Shown here one piece after another: positions 25,521 to 34,884 of a stretch of 64,000 bases of DNA. This stretch comes from Elusimicrobia bacterium GWA2_62_23 (GTDB lineage Bacteria > Elusimicrobiota > Elusimicrobia > Elusimicrobiales > UBA9959), in assembly GCA_001799635.1 (NCBI GenBank), contig MGTV01000008.1:879-64878 (forward strand), read 5' to 3'. Position 1 is the first letter of the stretch. Each line of letters opens with the position of its first letter. Below the pieces are notes generated by a model that was not told the DNA's origin, searched no databases, and saw nothing but the letters and a program-made list of their open reading frames with translations. Made by a program: the position numbers and the translations under genes.

Positions 25521-26501
25521 ATGTGGTTAAGAACTCTGGCGCGCTTTTTGAAGAACGCGGCTAAGCCGGTGAGTATTTTTATAATACCCCACAACGGCAT
25601 GCCGTCGCTGCGCTTTAACCTGCCGGTGCTGTTCCTGCTGGTGCTGGGCACGGCCTGGACCTTCACTACCATCTGGGCCGGTTATATCGCCGGGCGCCAC
25701 TTCGACTATTACGTCACCAAGGCTGACAATAAGATCCTGCGCACCAAGATGGCCTACGTCTCCGAACAGGTGGAGAAGGGCATGGCCTACCTGGAGATGA
25801 CCAAGCGCACCGACAACCAGCTGCGCAAGGTGCTCGGCATGGACCCGTCGGCGCTTATGAAAGAGGGCGGCATGGGCGGCCCCGCTGACAGCGACCTGGC
25901 CGAGTTCCGCCGCCTGCTCGACGCCAAGGCCTCCGAGATAAAAGAGACCACCCTCAATAATTCCCTGCAGAAAATGCAGGACGAGTCACGCCGCCGCCTC
26001 TCGAGTTATTCCGAGATCACCATTTACCTCACGGACCGCCACAACGGCGCGCGGGCCACGCCCGCGATGTGGCCTACCGAGGGCCGCATCACCTCGCCTT
26101 ACGGCTACCGCTTCCACCCGCTGCGCCTGTCCAACGAATTCCACAGCGGCATAGACATAGCCAACGAGGCAGGCACGCCCATCCTCGCCACGGCCGACGG
26201 CGTGATCCGCCATTCCGGCTGGGCGCAGGGCTACGGCATGTGCGCCGTGGTGGACCACGGCTTCGGCTATTCCACGCTTTACGGCCACATGAGCGAGATA
26301 GTTTCCAAGCAGGGCGCGCAGGTGAAGCGCGGCCAGATGATAGGCCGCATGGGCTCCACGGGCACCTCCACCGGCAACCACCTGCACTACGAGGTGTGGA
26401 CCGGCGGCCTGCCGCGCGACCCTATGAAGTTCCTGCAGGTGGGCGGCAAACGCGCCGGCAATTTCGCGGGACTTTTCGACGGCATCTTCGGCGGGCTGTA
26501 A
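25521..26501 (+). CDS. M23-family (LytM) peptidoglycan endopeptidase, membrane-anchored
   Basis: HSGIDIA, DHGFGYSTLYGHMS and GSTGTSTGNHLHYEV motifs, with an N-terminal TM helix and a coiled-coil. Confidence 0.88.
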   Translation: MWLRTLARFLKNAAKPVSIFIIPHNGMPSLRFNLPVLFLLVLGTAWTFTTIWAGYIAGRHFDYYVTKADNKILRTKMAYVSEQVEKGMAYLEMTKRTDNQLRKVLGMDPSALMKEGGMGGPADSDLAEFRRLLDAKASEIKETTLNNSLQKMQDESRRRLSSYSEITIYLTDRHNGARATPAMWPTEGRITSPYGYRFHPLRLSNEFHSGIDIANEAGTPILATADGVIRHSGWAQGYGMCAVVDHGFGYSTLYGHMSEIVSKQGAQVKRGQMIGRMGSTGTSTGNHLHYEVWTGGLPRDPMKFLQVGGKRAGNFAGLFDGIFGGL

Positions 26502-26533
26502 GCCCGGCCGGCCACAAAGGCGGTACATCCAGT

Positions 26534-26950
26534 ATGGCTATCTTCAAGAATACCAGCGTCAGTTTCGAGTCCAAGAACGGCGACACCGTGATAGGCACCG
26601 AGGCCTATTTCCAGGGCACGCTGACGGCCAAGGGGTCGCTGCGCATAGACGGCCGGGTGGACGGCTCCATAGTGGACGCCAAAATAGTCACCGTGGGCAA
26701 GTCCGGCAAGATCAAGGGCGACATTTCCTGCGAGGTCTGCTATGTCTGCGGCGAGGTGCGGGGCAACATAACGGCCCTGGACCACGTCGAGGCGCTCTCC
26801 GGCTCCCGGGTGGACGGCGACATGCGCGCCCCGCGCATCATGCTCGAAGAGGGCGCCATCTTCAACGGCAACTGCTCCATGGAAGCGCCCAAGAAGGCCG
26901 CCCGCGCGGAAAGCCACACCGAGAAATCCTACAAGACCGAGGCTAACTGA
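26534..26950 (+). CDS. Bactofilin-family cytoskeletal protein
   Basis: MAIFKN... followed by beta-helical repeats (GSLRIDGRVDGSIV..GKSGKIKGDI..GEVRGNI..SGSRVDGDM). The track fuses it to an upstream out-of-context frame (26069). Trimmed to ATG 26534. Confidence 0.85.
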   Translation: MAIFKNTSVSFESKNGDTVIGTEAYFQGTLTAKGSLRIDGRVDGSIVDAKIVTVGKSGKIKGDISCEVCYVCGEVRGNITALDHVEALSGSRVDGDMRAPRIMLEEGAIFNGNCSMEAPKKAARAESHTEKSYKTEAN

Positions 26951-26952
26951 AC

Positions 26953-27651
26953 ATGATCTCATTCTTCTCCAAGTACCGCCGCATAGTCTTCCTCATCACC
27001 GTCTCCATCTTCCTCGTGGGCGTGTTCGTGGGCCTGGGCGCCTACGTCTTCACCGGCGACTCCATGGGCGCGGTGGCCGACGTGGGCGGGGAGAAGATCC
27101 CCTACCAGAGCTTCCTCAACCAGGTGAACCGGGCCATGAACGGCTTCAAGGATTCCAATACCGAGGTGAACGAGGCCCTGGCCCGCACCATCAAGCAGGA
27201 AGTCTTCCGCGAGATGGTCATAGAGGAGCTGCTCAGCCAGCAGGCCAGTGACCTGGGCATGCGCGTGCCGGATTTTGAAGTGGCGGTGGAAGTGCAGAAC
27301 ACCGAGGCGTTCCGCGAGAACGGCGCCTTCAGCCCCCGCGCCTACTACCAGGCCGTCTATAACGAGTTCCAGATGTCCCCGTCGGAGTACGAGGCCTGGC
27401 GCAAGAAGGCCCGCCTGGCCAGCAAGTTCAAGCAGTTCGTCTATACCAGCGTAAAGGTGACGCCCGAAGAGGCCGCCGCCTATTACATGGCCAAGAACAA
27501 GAGCCTCAAGGGCTTCGAGAAGGAACGGGCCAAGTATACCGACGAAATAGCCCGGGACAAATTCGCCAACCTGGCCAACTACCTGCTGCGCCAGCTCACC
27601 ACGCGCCAGGAGATCAAGAGCTACCTGGAGCAGCGCGAACAGGGCCGCTAG
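26953..27651 (+). CDS. SurA-N/PpiD-like periplasmic chaperone domain protein, membrane-anchored
   Basis: N-terminal anchor IVFLITVSIFLVGVFVGLGAYVF and a helical SurA-N-like body. No parvulin domain seen. Confidence 0.55.
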   Translation: MISFFSKYRRIVFLITVSIFLVGVFVGLGAYVFTGDSMGAVADVGGEKIPYQSFLNQVNRAMNGFKDSNTEVNEALARTIKQEVFREMVIEELLSQQASDLGMRVPDFEVAVEVQNTEAFRENGAFSPRAYYQAVYNEFQMSPSEYEAWRKKARLASKFKQFVYTSVKVTPEEAAAYYMAKNKSLKGFEKERAKYTDEIARDKFANLANYLLRQLTTRQEIKSYLEQREQGR

Positions 27652-27669
27652 CCGGGCGCGGGCTAAGAC

Positions 27670-27705
27670 GGGCAGGGACGGCGCCGCCGCCCTGCCCTTT
27701 TTTTT
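27670..27705 (+). terminator. Rho-independent terminator abutting the next start codon
   Basis: GGGCAGGG-N12-CCCTGCCC followed by a T8 tract running directly into ATG 27706. Confidence 0.6.
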
Positions 27706-28431
<726 letters not shown>

Positions 28432-28435
28432 CCTC

Positions 28436-30103
28436 ATGCTCAATATCCTGCTGGAAAGGAAAGCCCGTACCTTCCTGAACACGCTGCTGGGCCTGCGCGG
28501 GTGGAAGCTCGCCAAGAACCTGATGTTCGCCGGCGTGGGCCTGCTCATGCTCTCCGCGCTCTACTTCGGGTTCTGGCGGCTGCTGAACTACCTGGAAGGC
28601 GTGGAACTCATCGGGCCCATCCTGTCCTGGAAGCTCACCTCTATGGTGCTGCTCATGACCTTCTCCATGGTCATCGTGAGCTCCATCATCATCTCCATGA
28701 CCACGCTGTACTACTCGTTCGACCTCAAATTCCTCTTCTCCGCCCCGCTGGACCTGCGCGCCATCTTCATGGATAAGGCCTTCGAAACTGTCTTTTACTC
28801 GTCGTGGACGCTGGTGCTGGCCATCCTGCCCTACATCATCGCCCTGGGCCGGGTGAAGGCGCTGGGGGGCGGTTTTTACCTGGCTTACGGCGCGCTCATG
28901 GTGCCCTTCGTGATGCTGGCCGGCGCCACCGGCATCCTCTTCAGCATGCTGGTCATGTACCTGTTCCCGTCGTCGCGCACCCGGGACATCACCTGGCTGC
29001 TGGGCAGCCTCTCGGTGGCCTTCGTCTACGTGGTCTTCCGTTTTTCCCGGCCGGAGAAACTGCTGCGTCCTGATTCCCTCGAAGTGGTGGCGCAGTACAT
29101 CCACTACCTGCAGACGCCCACCGCCCCGTACCTGCCTTCCTGGTGGGTCACCAAGGCCATGACGGCCTATTCAACCGGGCAATGGCAGGCTTTCGCCGGC
29201 AGCGCCCTGGTGTTGTGCCTGGCCGCGGCCGCGGTCTACGCTTGTATCTGGCTGCTCTCCGGCCGGCTCTACATGCGCGGCTTCAGCGGGGCGCAGAGTT
29301 CGCCGCGTTTCAAGGGCGGGCGCGGGACCCTGCCCGAACAGCGCCTGGCGCACCGCTTCCCCGGCCTGCGGGTGCCGCTCACGCTCTACTGGAAGGACCG
29401 CCTGGCGCTGGCCCGCGACGCCCGCTACTGGTCCCAGATCATCCTCATAGCGGCCCTGGTGGCGGTCTATCTCTTCAGCATCCGCCAGCTGCCGCTCGAC
29501 ACCCCGGACCTCAAGAGCCTGGTCTCGTTCCTTAACGTCGGGGTGGCCGGCTTCGTGGTGGCGGCCATAGGGCTGCGCTTCACCTTTCCCGCCATCAGCC
29601 TGGAGGGCAACAGCTACTGGCTGCTCAAATCCGCCCCGGCCACCACGGCCTCCGTGATGAAGGAGAAGCTGCTGGTGTCCCTGGTGCCGTCGGTGCTCAT
29701 AGGCCTGGTGCTCATAACGGCCTCCAACCGGCTGCTGGGCGCCGATCTTTTCATTTCGGTGCTGTCCACCTGCACCATCCTCGCGGCCTCGGTGGTGATC
29801 TCGGTTATGGGCATAGGCCTGGGCGCCGTCTTCCCCGATTTCAAGGTGGAAAACATCCACCAGCTGGAGTCCTCCTACGGCGGGTTCCTCTACATGGCCT
29901 GCGCCATGGCCTACCTCTCGCTCACCGTGGCGGTGGAGGCCTGGCCCGTGCAGATGCATTTCGCCGAGCGGTTCGGCCGCTCCAACCCCTGGGACCTCAA
30001 GGGCGTGCTGCTGTGCGCCGGGGTGTTCCTGCTGCTCAATTTCACCGCGGCCTACGTGCCGTGGAAACTCGGCGTGCGCAACCTGGAGCGCCACGAGGTC
30101 TGA
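28436..30103 (+). CDS. Multi-pass membrane protein, putative ABC exporter permease
   Basis: 555 aa with more than 10 hydrophobic helices, immediately downstream of the ATPase. Confidence 0.6.
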   Translation: MLNILLERKARTFLNTLLGLRGWKLAKNLMFAGVGLLMLSALYFGFWRLLNYLEGVELIGPILSWKLTSMVLLMTFSMVIVSSIIISMTTLYYSFDLKFLFSAPLDLRAIFMDKAFETVFYSSWTLVLAILPYIIALGRVKALGGGFYLAYGALMVPFVMLAGATGILFSMLVMYLFPSSRTRDITWLLGSLSVAFVYVVFRFSRPEKLLRPDSLEVVAQYIHYLQTPTAPYLPSWWVTKAMTAYSTGQWQAFAGSALVLCLAAAAVYACIWLLSGRLYMRGFSGAQSSPRFKGGRGTLPEQRLAHRFPGLRVPLTLYWKDRLALARDARYWSQIILIAALVAVYLFSIRQLPLDTPDLKSLVSFLNVGVAGFVVAAIGLRFTFPAISLEGNSYWLLKSAPATTASVMKEKLLVSLVPSVLIGLVLITASNRLLGADLFISVLSTCTILAASVVISVMGIGLGAVFPDFKVENIHQLESSYGGFLYMACAMAYLSLTVAVEAWPVQMHFAERFGRSNPWDLKGVLLCAGVFLLLNFTAAYVPWKLGVRNLERHEV

Positions 30104-30119
30104 CCGCGAGGAAAACATC

Positions 30120-30782
30120 ATGCTTAAACGAATTGTCTTCATAGCCCTGGCCGCGCTCACGGCCGTGCCCGCCGCCGCCCAGCCCGACGGGGAGAAGCAG
30201 CGCCCCGCTTTCGCCCTCACCTACGACGACGGCCCCGGCGCCATCACGGAGGACCTGCTGAAACTCCTGGAGAGCCGCAAGGCCAAGGCCACTTTCTTCA
30301 TGCTGGGCTCCGCGGTGCGGGCGAATCCGGAAATGACGAAAAAAGTTCACGCCGCCGGCCACCTGATAGCCAACCACACGGACGCCCACAGGAACTGGTT
30401 CAGGATAGGCAAGGGGGCCGACCGCGAGCAGGTGCTGGCCTCCGAAGTGAAGAAGGCCGAAGAGGCCATAGTGAAGGCCACCGGCGAGCGGCCGAAGATC
30501 CTGCGCATGCCCAACGGCTATACCGCGCCCTGGCTGCGCGAAGCCGTGAAGAAACTGGGCTACCGCGCGGCCAACTGGAGCTACGGCAGCGACTGGACCA
30601 AAACCCCGGAAGATAAAATGACGGCCGAATACGTGAAGGCCGTGCGGGCCGGCAATGTGCTGCTGCTGCACGACGGGGGAGGGCGGAGCCGGGAGAAGAC
30701 CCTGCGCATCACCGCGGCCATCCTCGACGAGGCGGCGCGCCTGGGGCTGGAGCCGGTGCGGCTGGACGTGCTGCTTAAGTAA
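30120..30782 (+). CDS. Secreted polysaccharide deacetylase (NodB/CE4 domain)
   Basis: LTYDDGP, HTDAH and LLLHDGGG motifs, plus a signal peptide. Confidence 0.85.
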   Translation: MLKRIVFIALAALTAVPAAAQPDGEKQRPAFALTYDDGPGAITEDLLKLLESRKAKATFFMLGSAVRANPEMTKKVHAAGHLIANHTDAHRNWFRIGKGADREQVLASEVKKAEEAIVKATGERPKILRMPNGYTAPWLREAVKKLGYRAANWSYGSDWTKTPEDKMTAEYVKAVRAGNVLLLHDGGGRSREKTLRITAAILDEAARLGLEPVRLDVLLK

Positions 30783-30802
30783 ATTTTGTAGAATAGCGGT
30801 GC

Positions 30803-30886
30803 GGGCGAGTGGCGGAACTGGCAGACGCACAGGTCTCAAAAACCTGCGATCTCACGGTCATGAGGGTTCGATCCCCTCCTCGCCCA
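30803..30886 (+). tRNA. tRNA-Leu (anticodon CAA), long variable arm
   Basis: Acceptor GGGCGAG/CTCGCCC, anticodon stem CAGGT/ACCTG with loop CTCAAAA, T arm GAGGG-TTCGATC-CCCTC. Confidence 0.85.
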
Positions 30887-30919
30887 GACCGTTTTAAGGC
30901 AGCGGGGGGGGAGATAACT

Positions 30920-31297
30920 ATGGCTAAGATAAAAGTCCTCGTGGTGGACGACAACATCAACTTCCTGCAGATGGCCCAGCTGGCCCTCGGGTCGGAAGAA
31001 TACGAAGTCTATACCGCCGGCGACGGGCAGGAAGGCTTCGACCAGGCCAAGAAGCTCAACCCCGACATCATCCTGATGGACGTCATGATGCCGCGCGTTT
31101 CCGGCCTGGAGCTGCTGCGCATGCTGCTGGCCGACGAGGACGTGCGCGCGGTGCCCATCCTGGTCATGACCGCCAGCCACTTCGACCCTTCCACCGAACA
31201 GGTCTTCAAGCAGGAATCCAACGTGAAGGGCTTCCTGCAGAAGCCCTGCCCCGTGAACGAGCTCAAGGACAGCATAGCCCGGGCGCTTAAGAAGTAA
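30920..31297 (+). CDS. Single-domain response regulator (CheY-like)
   Basis: VLVVDDN...IILMDVMMPRVSG...KP receiver motifs. Trimmed to ATG 30920 because the track ORF (30809) runs through the tRNA. Confidence 0.85.
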   Translation: MAKIKVLVVDDNINFLQMAQLALGSEEYEVYTAGDGQEGFDQAKKLNPDIILMDVMMPRVSGLELLRMLLADEDVRAVPILVMTASHFDPSTEQVFKQESNVKGFLQKPCPVNELKDSIARALKK

Positions 31298-31310
31298 CCG
31301 ACCTGACGTA

Positions 31311-31347
31311 AAAAGAAAGAGGCGCTGGGTGGCGCCTCTTTTCTTTT
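31311..31347. terminator. Bidirectional terminator between convergent genes
   Basis: AAAAGAAAGAGGCGC-TGGGTG-GCGCCTCTTTTCTTTT. Confidence 0.75.
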
Positions 31348-31363
31348 ATCCCGGCGGGCGGGC

Positions 31364-32440
31364 TCAGGTGTAGGGAATGCTGATGCGCGTGGGTTCGGGC
31401 TTGGGCTTCCAGCGGAACTCGGTCTCCTGCAGTTCCACGGCGATGTTCAGTATTTCCTTGATTATGCAGGTGACCGGGATGGAGAACAGCACGCCCCAGA
31501 TGCCCGCTATCTCGCCGCCGGCCATCAGCGCCAGCAGGATGATGGCCGGGTTCAGCGCCACGGCCTTCTTCATGATATAGGGCTGCAGGAACCAGTCGTC
31601 GAAGAAGCGGATGCCGACGAAGAACAGCAGGATCTTGAAGATAGGCACGATGCTTTCGAACTGCAGGTAGGCCACTATGGACGACACCACGGCCCCCACT
31701 ATGGCGCCCAGGTAGGGCACCAGGCTCGAGATGCCTATGAGGATGGCTATCACCGACGCGTAGTTCAGGTCGAACAGGAGCAGGCCGGTGAAGGCGATGA
31801 GGAAGATTATGAACGCTTCCGTAAGGATGCCGCGCAGGTAATTGCCCAGGGAGCCGTCTATGCGCGAGGCTATGTGCAGGATCAGCTCGGCGTGGCGGGA
31901 GGGGATGTGGTCCAGCAGGTAGTCTATGAGGCTGGTGCCGCCTATGAGCATGAAGAACGTGATGAACGGCACAATGAACAGCAGCGACAGCGCCGGGATG
32001 AGGCCCAGGATGAACTGGGGCGCGGCTTCCAGCAGGTGCGTCAGCTTCTGCTCCAGGCCTATCTTCGCCAGCACGGGATAGTTCTTCACCAGTTTGGCGT
32101 TGAGGTTGGTGACATAGGTCTGCAGGCGCTCGGCGTACTGCGGCCAGGACTGCTGCAGGGATTCCAGGTCGAACGAGAGGAAGTGGAACAGCAGGTACAG
32201 CACCGTGAACACCAGGGCGCCCGCGCCTATGTACAGGCCGGCCACGGCGAAGGTGCGCTTTATGCCGCGCACCTCGAAGTAGGTTATCACCGGGCTTATG
32301 ATATAGGCCAGGGCGGCGCTCAGGACGAAGGGGAAGATGGCGCCCTTGGCCAGCACTATGAAGTACACCAGCGCCAGGCCTATGAACGCCGGCAGCAGGA
32401 ACTGCGTGTAGCTTTTTTTCTGTAGGGTCTCCGCGGCCAT
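31364..32440 (-). CDS. AI-2E family (PerM/YhhT-like) transporter
   Basis: 358 aa, about 8 TM helices, with the characteristic C-terminal GGEIAGIWGVLFSIP segment. Confidence 0.75.
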   Translation of the reverse strand: MAAETLQKKSYTQFLLPAFIGLALVYFIVLAKGAIFPFVLSAALAYIISPVITYFEVRGIKRTFAVAGLYIGAGALVFTVLYLLFHFLSFDLESLQQSWPQYAERLQTYVTNLNAKLVKNYPVLAKIGLEQKLTHLLEAAPQFILGLIPALSLLFIVPFITFFMLIGGTSLIDYLLDHIPSRHAELILHIASRIDGSLGNYLRGILTEAFIIFLIAFTGLLLFDLNYASVIAILIGISSLVPYLGAIVGAVVSSIVAYLQFESIVPIFKILLFFVGIRFFDDWFLQPYIMKKAVALNPAIILLALMAGGEIAGIWGVLFSIPVTCIIKEILNIAVELQETEFRWKPKPEPTRISIPYT

Positions 32441-32442
32441 AG

Positions 32443-32937
32443 TTAGCGGGTCTCGGCGGGTTTTTCTATCATGGCCCGCAGGCGGGCCGAGAGGATCTTG
32501 GCCAGCTGCGCGGCAATGTTGACGCCTATGGTGGGGCGGGCGAACAGCAGCGACTCCAGCTTGATCTTGAAAAGCATGAAGACCTTGGTGTCCTCCAGGG
32601 CGTAGGCGGTGGCGGTGCGGGGCATTTCCTCCAGCAGGGCCATCTCGCCGAAGAACTCGCCCTGGTTCACCTCGGCTATCACTTCGCTCTTCTGGGTGGC
32701 CTGGTCTACGCGCGCCAGCGCGATCTTGCCGGAGAAGACTATGAACAGCGCCCGGCCTATGTCGCCCTGGGTGAAGATGGTCTCGCCCTTGAGATAGGTG
32801 CGCTCCTGCAGGCTTTCCAGCACGTGGATCAGGTGCCGCTTCTTTATCCCGTCGAACAGGCTGATGCCTTTGAGGAAGGTCAGCTTGCAGAGGATCTCCT
32901 CGTCGTAGAGGCGGTGGAGCAGGCTGAAAAGTTTCAT
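32443..32937 (-). CDS. Cyclic-nucleotide-binding domain protein
   Basis: GEFFGEMALLEEMPRTATA signature. Trimmed to ATG 32937 (MKLFSLL...). The track's upstream 77 aa are Arg/Gly-rich and appear non-coding. Confidence 0.8.
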   Translation of the reverse strand: MKLFSLLHRLYDEEILCKLTFLKGISLFDGIKKRHLIHVLESLQERTYLKGETIFTQGDIGRALFIVFSGKIALARVDQATQKSEVIAEVNQGEFFGEMALLEEMPRTATAYALEDTKVFMLFKIKLESLLFARPTIGVNIAAQLAKILSARLRAMIEKPAETR

Positions 32938-33188
32938 CTGTTCCCCGTGAAGAGGCCGTAAACGGCCTGGGCCGCGCGGAACCAGCCGGACTGCACGGCG
33001 CCGGAAACCGACTTGACCGCGCCTATGACGGGGTCCAGGGCCGTGAGCTTGCCGTCGGCGTTGAGGGCCAGGTATTCCACCGCCTTGGCCGTGTGGCAGA
33101 CCTGCTTGAGCGTCACCACGGCCTGGGCCACCAGCGCCACAAAGGCTATGGTCACTATTACCGCGCAAACAACGAGTATGGTATTCAT
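32934..33188 (-). CDS. Small membrane protein (DUF948-like)
   Basis: 84 aa with an N-terminal TM helix and a helical tail. Its stop overlaps the downstream gene's ATG 32937 (ATGA). Confidence 0.5.
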   Translation of the reverse strand: MNTILVVCAVIVTIAFVALVAQAVVTLKQVCHTAKAVEYLALNADGKLTALDPVIGAVKSVSGAVQSGWFRAAQAVYGLFTGNR

Positions 33189-33210
33189 GTTTTTGTCCCC
33201 TTCGGTAAGT

Positions 33211-33609
33211 TTACATCTTCCCGTATTCTTTCAAAGTCTTTTCGGCCAGGGCGCGCACCTGGGTCTGCTGCGTCAGCTTGGGCAGGAAGGCCTTGCAGAG
33301 CGGGTTCTTGCTGAACCCGTAGTTCAGGTCCATCTTCGAGAAATTCTCTCCGGTGAGGATGATGAACGGCACCGTCGCCAGTTCAGGGCGGCTGCGCGAA
33401 AGGTTCTTCACTTCTTTTATGAACTCCGTCCCGTCCATCACCGGCATGGAAATATCTATGAGCATGAGGTCCGGGATAAAGGTGTCCAGTTTTTCCAGGG
33501 CGTCCTTGCCGTCCTTGGCCAGCGCTGTCTCATGGCCGCCTTCCATGAAGACGAACTGGTACAGGGTCCGTATGGAATAGTCGTCGTCCACGATGAGGAT
33601 CTTTGCCAT
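33211..33609 (-). CDS. Single-domain response regulator (CheY-like)
   Basis: ILIVDDD...LMLIDISMPVMDG receiver motifs. Confidence 0.85.
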   Translation of the reverse strand: MAKILIVDDDYSIRTLYQFVFMEGGHETALAKDGKDALEKLDTFIPDLMLIDISMPVMDGTEFIKEVKNLSRSRPELATVPFIILTGENFSKMDLNYGFSKNPLCKAFLPKLTQQTQVRALAEKTLKEYGKM

Positions 33610-33613
33610 GCGT

Positions 33614-33988
33614 TTATTTCCCGAGGATCCGTCGCTCCAGCACCTTTACCCGCGCCACCAGCACGTCGTTGTCGAAGGGCTTGGTAAGGTAATCGTCCGC
33701 CCCGCGCTCATAGCCCTGCACCTGGTCCTCGGTGAAGGCCTTGATGGTGAGCAGCAGCACCGGCATATCCTTGAAACGCTCGTCGGAGCGGATGTGCCCC
33801 AGGAGTTCCAGGCCGTCCATCTCCGGCATATTGATGTCCAGCACGGCCAGGTCGGCGCCGCTTTCCTGCAGGGCTTCCCAGGCCAGGCGGCCGTTCTCGT
33901 GGGCGGACAGTTCGTAGCCCGCCTCGCCCAGGAGTTCCGTCACCAGCATCCTGAAAGTGTTATCGTCGTCGGCGACCAGGACTTTCAT
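33614..33988 (-). CDS. Single-domain response regulator (CheY-like)
   Basis: VLVADDD...LAVLDINMPEMDG...TKP receiver motifs. Confidence 0.88.
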   Translation of the reverse strand: MKVLVADDDNTFRMLVTELLGEAGYELSAHENGRLAWEALQESGADLAVLDINMPEMDGLELLGHIRSDERFKDMPVLLLTIKAFTEDQVQGYERGADDYLTKPFDNDVLVARVKVLERRILGK

Positions 33989-34000
33989 GTGTTCTCCGTG

Positions 34001-34723
34001 CTATTTCGCGCCTTCAGCCTTGTACATGTAGCCGGACCCGTATACGGTCTTCACGCACTTGCCGTACGGGCCCAGCTTGTGCCGCAGCGTTTCCACGTGC
34101 TTGTCGATGGTCTCGCAGTTGACCTGGCCGGACCGCTCCTTCCAGATCTCCTCCATCAAAAAATCCCGGGTGACCACGTGTTCCTCGTTGCAGACCAGCG
34201 TGGAGAGAATGTCGAATTCCTTGGGGGTGATGTTCTCCAGCTCGGCCGGGCGTTTTTTTTTGGCGCCGGTCAGGATCACGCGCTTCACGCGGTCTATCCG
34301 CAGGTCCCCGTTCCTGGAGACCACCAGCGTCCTCAGGCAGACCAGGCTGGGCAGGATGCGGCGCAGGTGGGCTTTTATCTTGGAAAGCAAAATGCGCTCG
34401 TCTATGTCGGCCATCACGAAATCGTCGGCGCCGGATTCCAGGAGCTCGGCTATTAGCGAATTGTCGGCCTTGTCCTTGGGGGCCACGGCTATGGCTGAAA
34501 GGTTCTTGCGTCCGGTTATGAAGGCTTTGAATTCGGCGGGGGAACGCAGGTCCGGCAGTCCCAGCGTTACCAGGGCCAGGCCCTTGCGGCCGTCGCTGGC
34601 CCGCGCCAGGTCCGCCAGGGTTTCCACGCGTTCCGCGCGCAGGCATTCCCTGGAAAAAAGCCGGTACCAGCTCTCAGAAAGCTTCTGGTCGCGGCAGGCT
34701 ATCCAAAGCGTGAAGTCCGTCAT
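34001..34723 (-). CDS. OmpR/PhoB-type winged-helix DNA-binding regulator with a degenerate (pseudo-)receiver domain
   Basis: C-terminal Trans_reg_C pattern (ITPKEFDILSTL...VDKHVETLRHKL...VYGSGYMYK). The N-terminal domain lacks the acidic pocket and has LVTLGLPD where the phospho-Asp would be. Confidence 0.7.
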   Translation of the reverse strand: MTDFTLWIACRDQKLSESWYRLFSRECLRAERVETLADLARASDGRKGLALVTLGLPDLRSPAEFKAFITGRKNLSAIAVAPKDKADNSLIAELLESGADDFVMADIDERILLSKIKAHLRRILPSLVCLRTLVVSRNGDLRIDRVKRVILTGAKKKRPAELENITPKEFDILSTLVCNEEHVVTRDFLMEEIWKERSGQVNCETIDKHVETLRHKLGPYGKCVKTVYGSGYMYKAEGAK

Positions 34724-34884
34724 ATCGGGTCCCGGAGTAAGCCCCCGGGGAATCTATTATAACTTATTAGCCGGGGCATAAAAACGGCCCAAAGTGAGCC
34801 GTCGAATTTAACAATCACGAAACAATTAATTCGGGATTTCTTCGGGATTGCCGCGGCTCCGGCCGCTATAATATCAATTAAATC

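Noticed and set aside
26069-26533. Upstream part of the 293-aa track ORF that ends as the bactofilin
   Set aside because: This part overlaps the M23 peptidase gene in another frame. Only the segment from ATG 26534 has bactofilin character.
30809-30919. N-terminal extension of the response-regulator ORF
   Set aside because: It overlaps tRNA-Leu(CAA) on the same strand. The receiver domain begins at ATG 30920.
32938-33168. Upstream 77 aa of the 241-aa minus-strand ORF
   Set aside because: It is an Arg/Gly/Pro-rich stretch overlapping the small DUF948-like gene in another frame. The cNMP-binding domain starts at ATG 32937.
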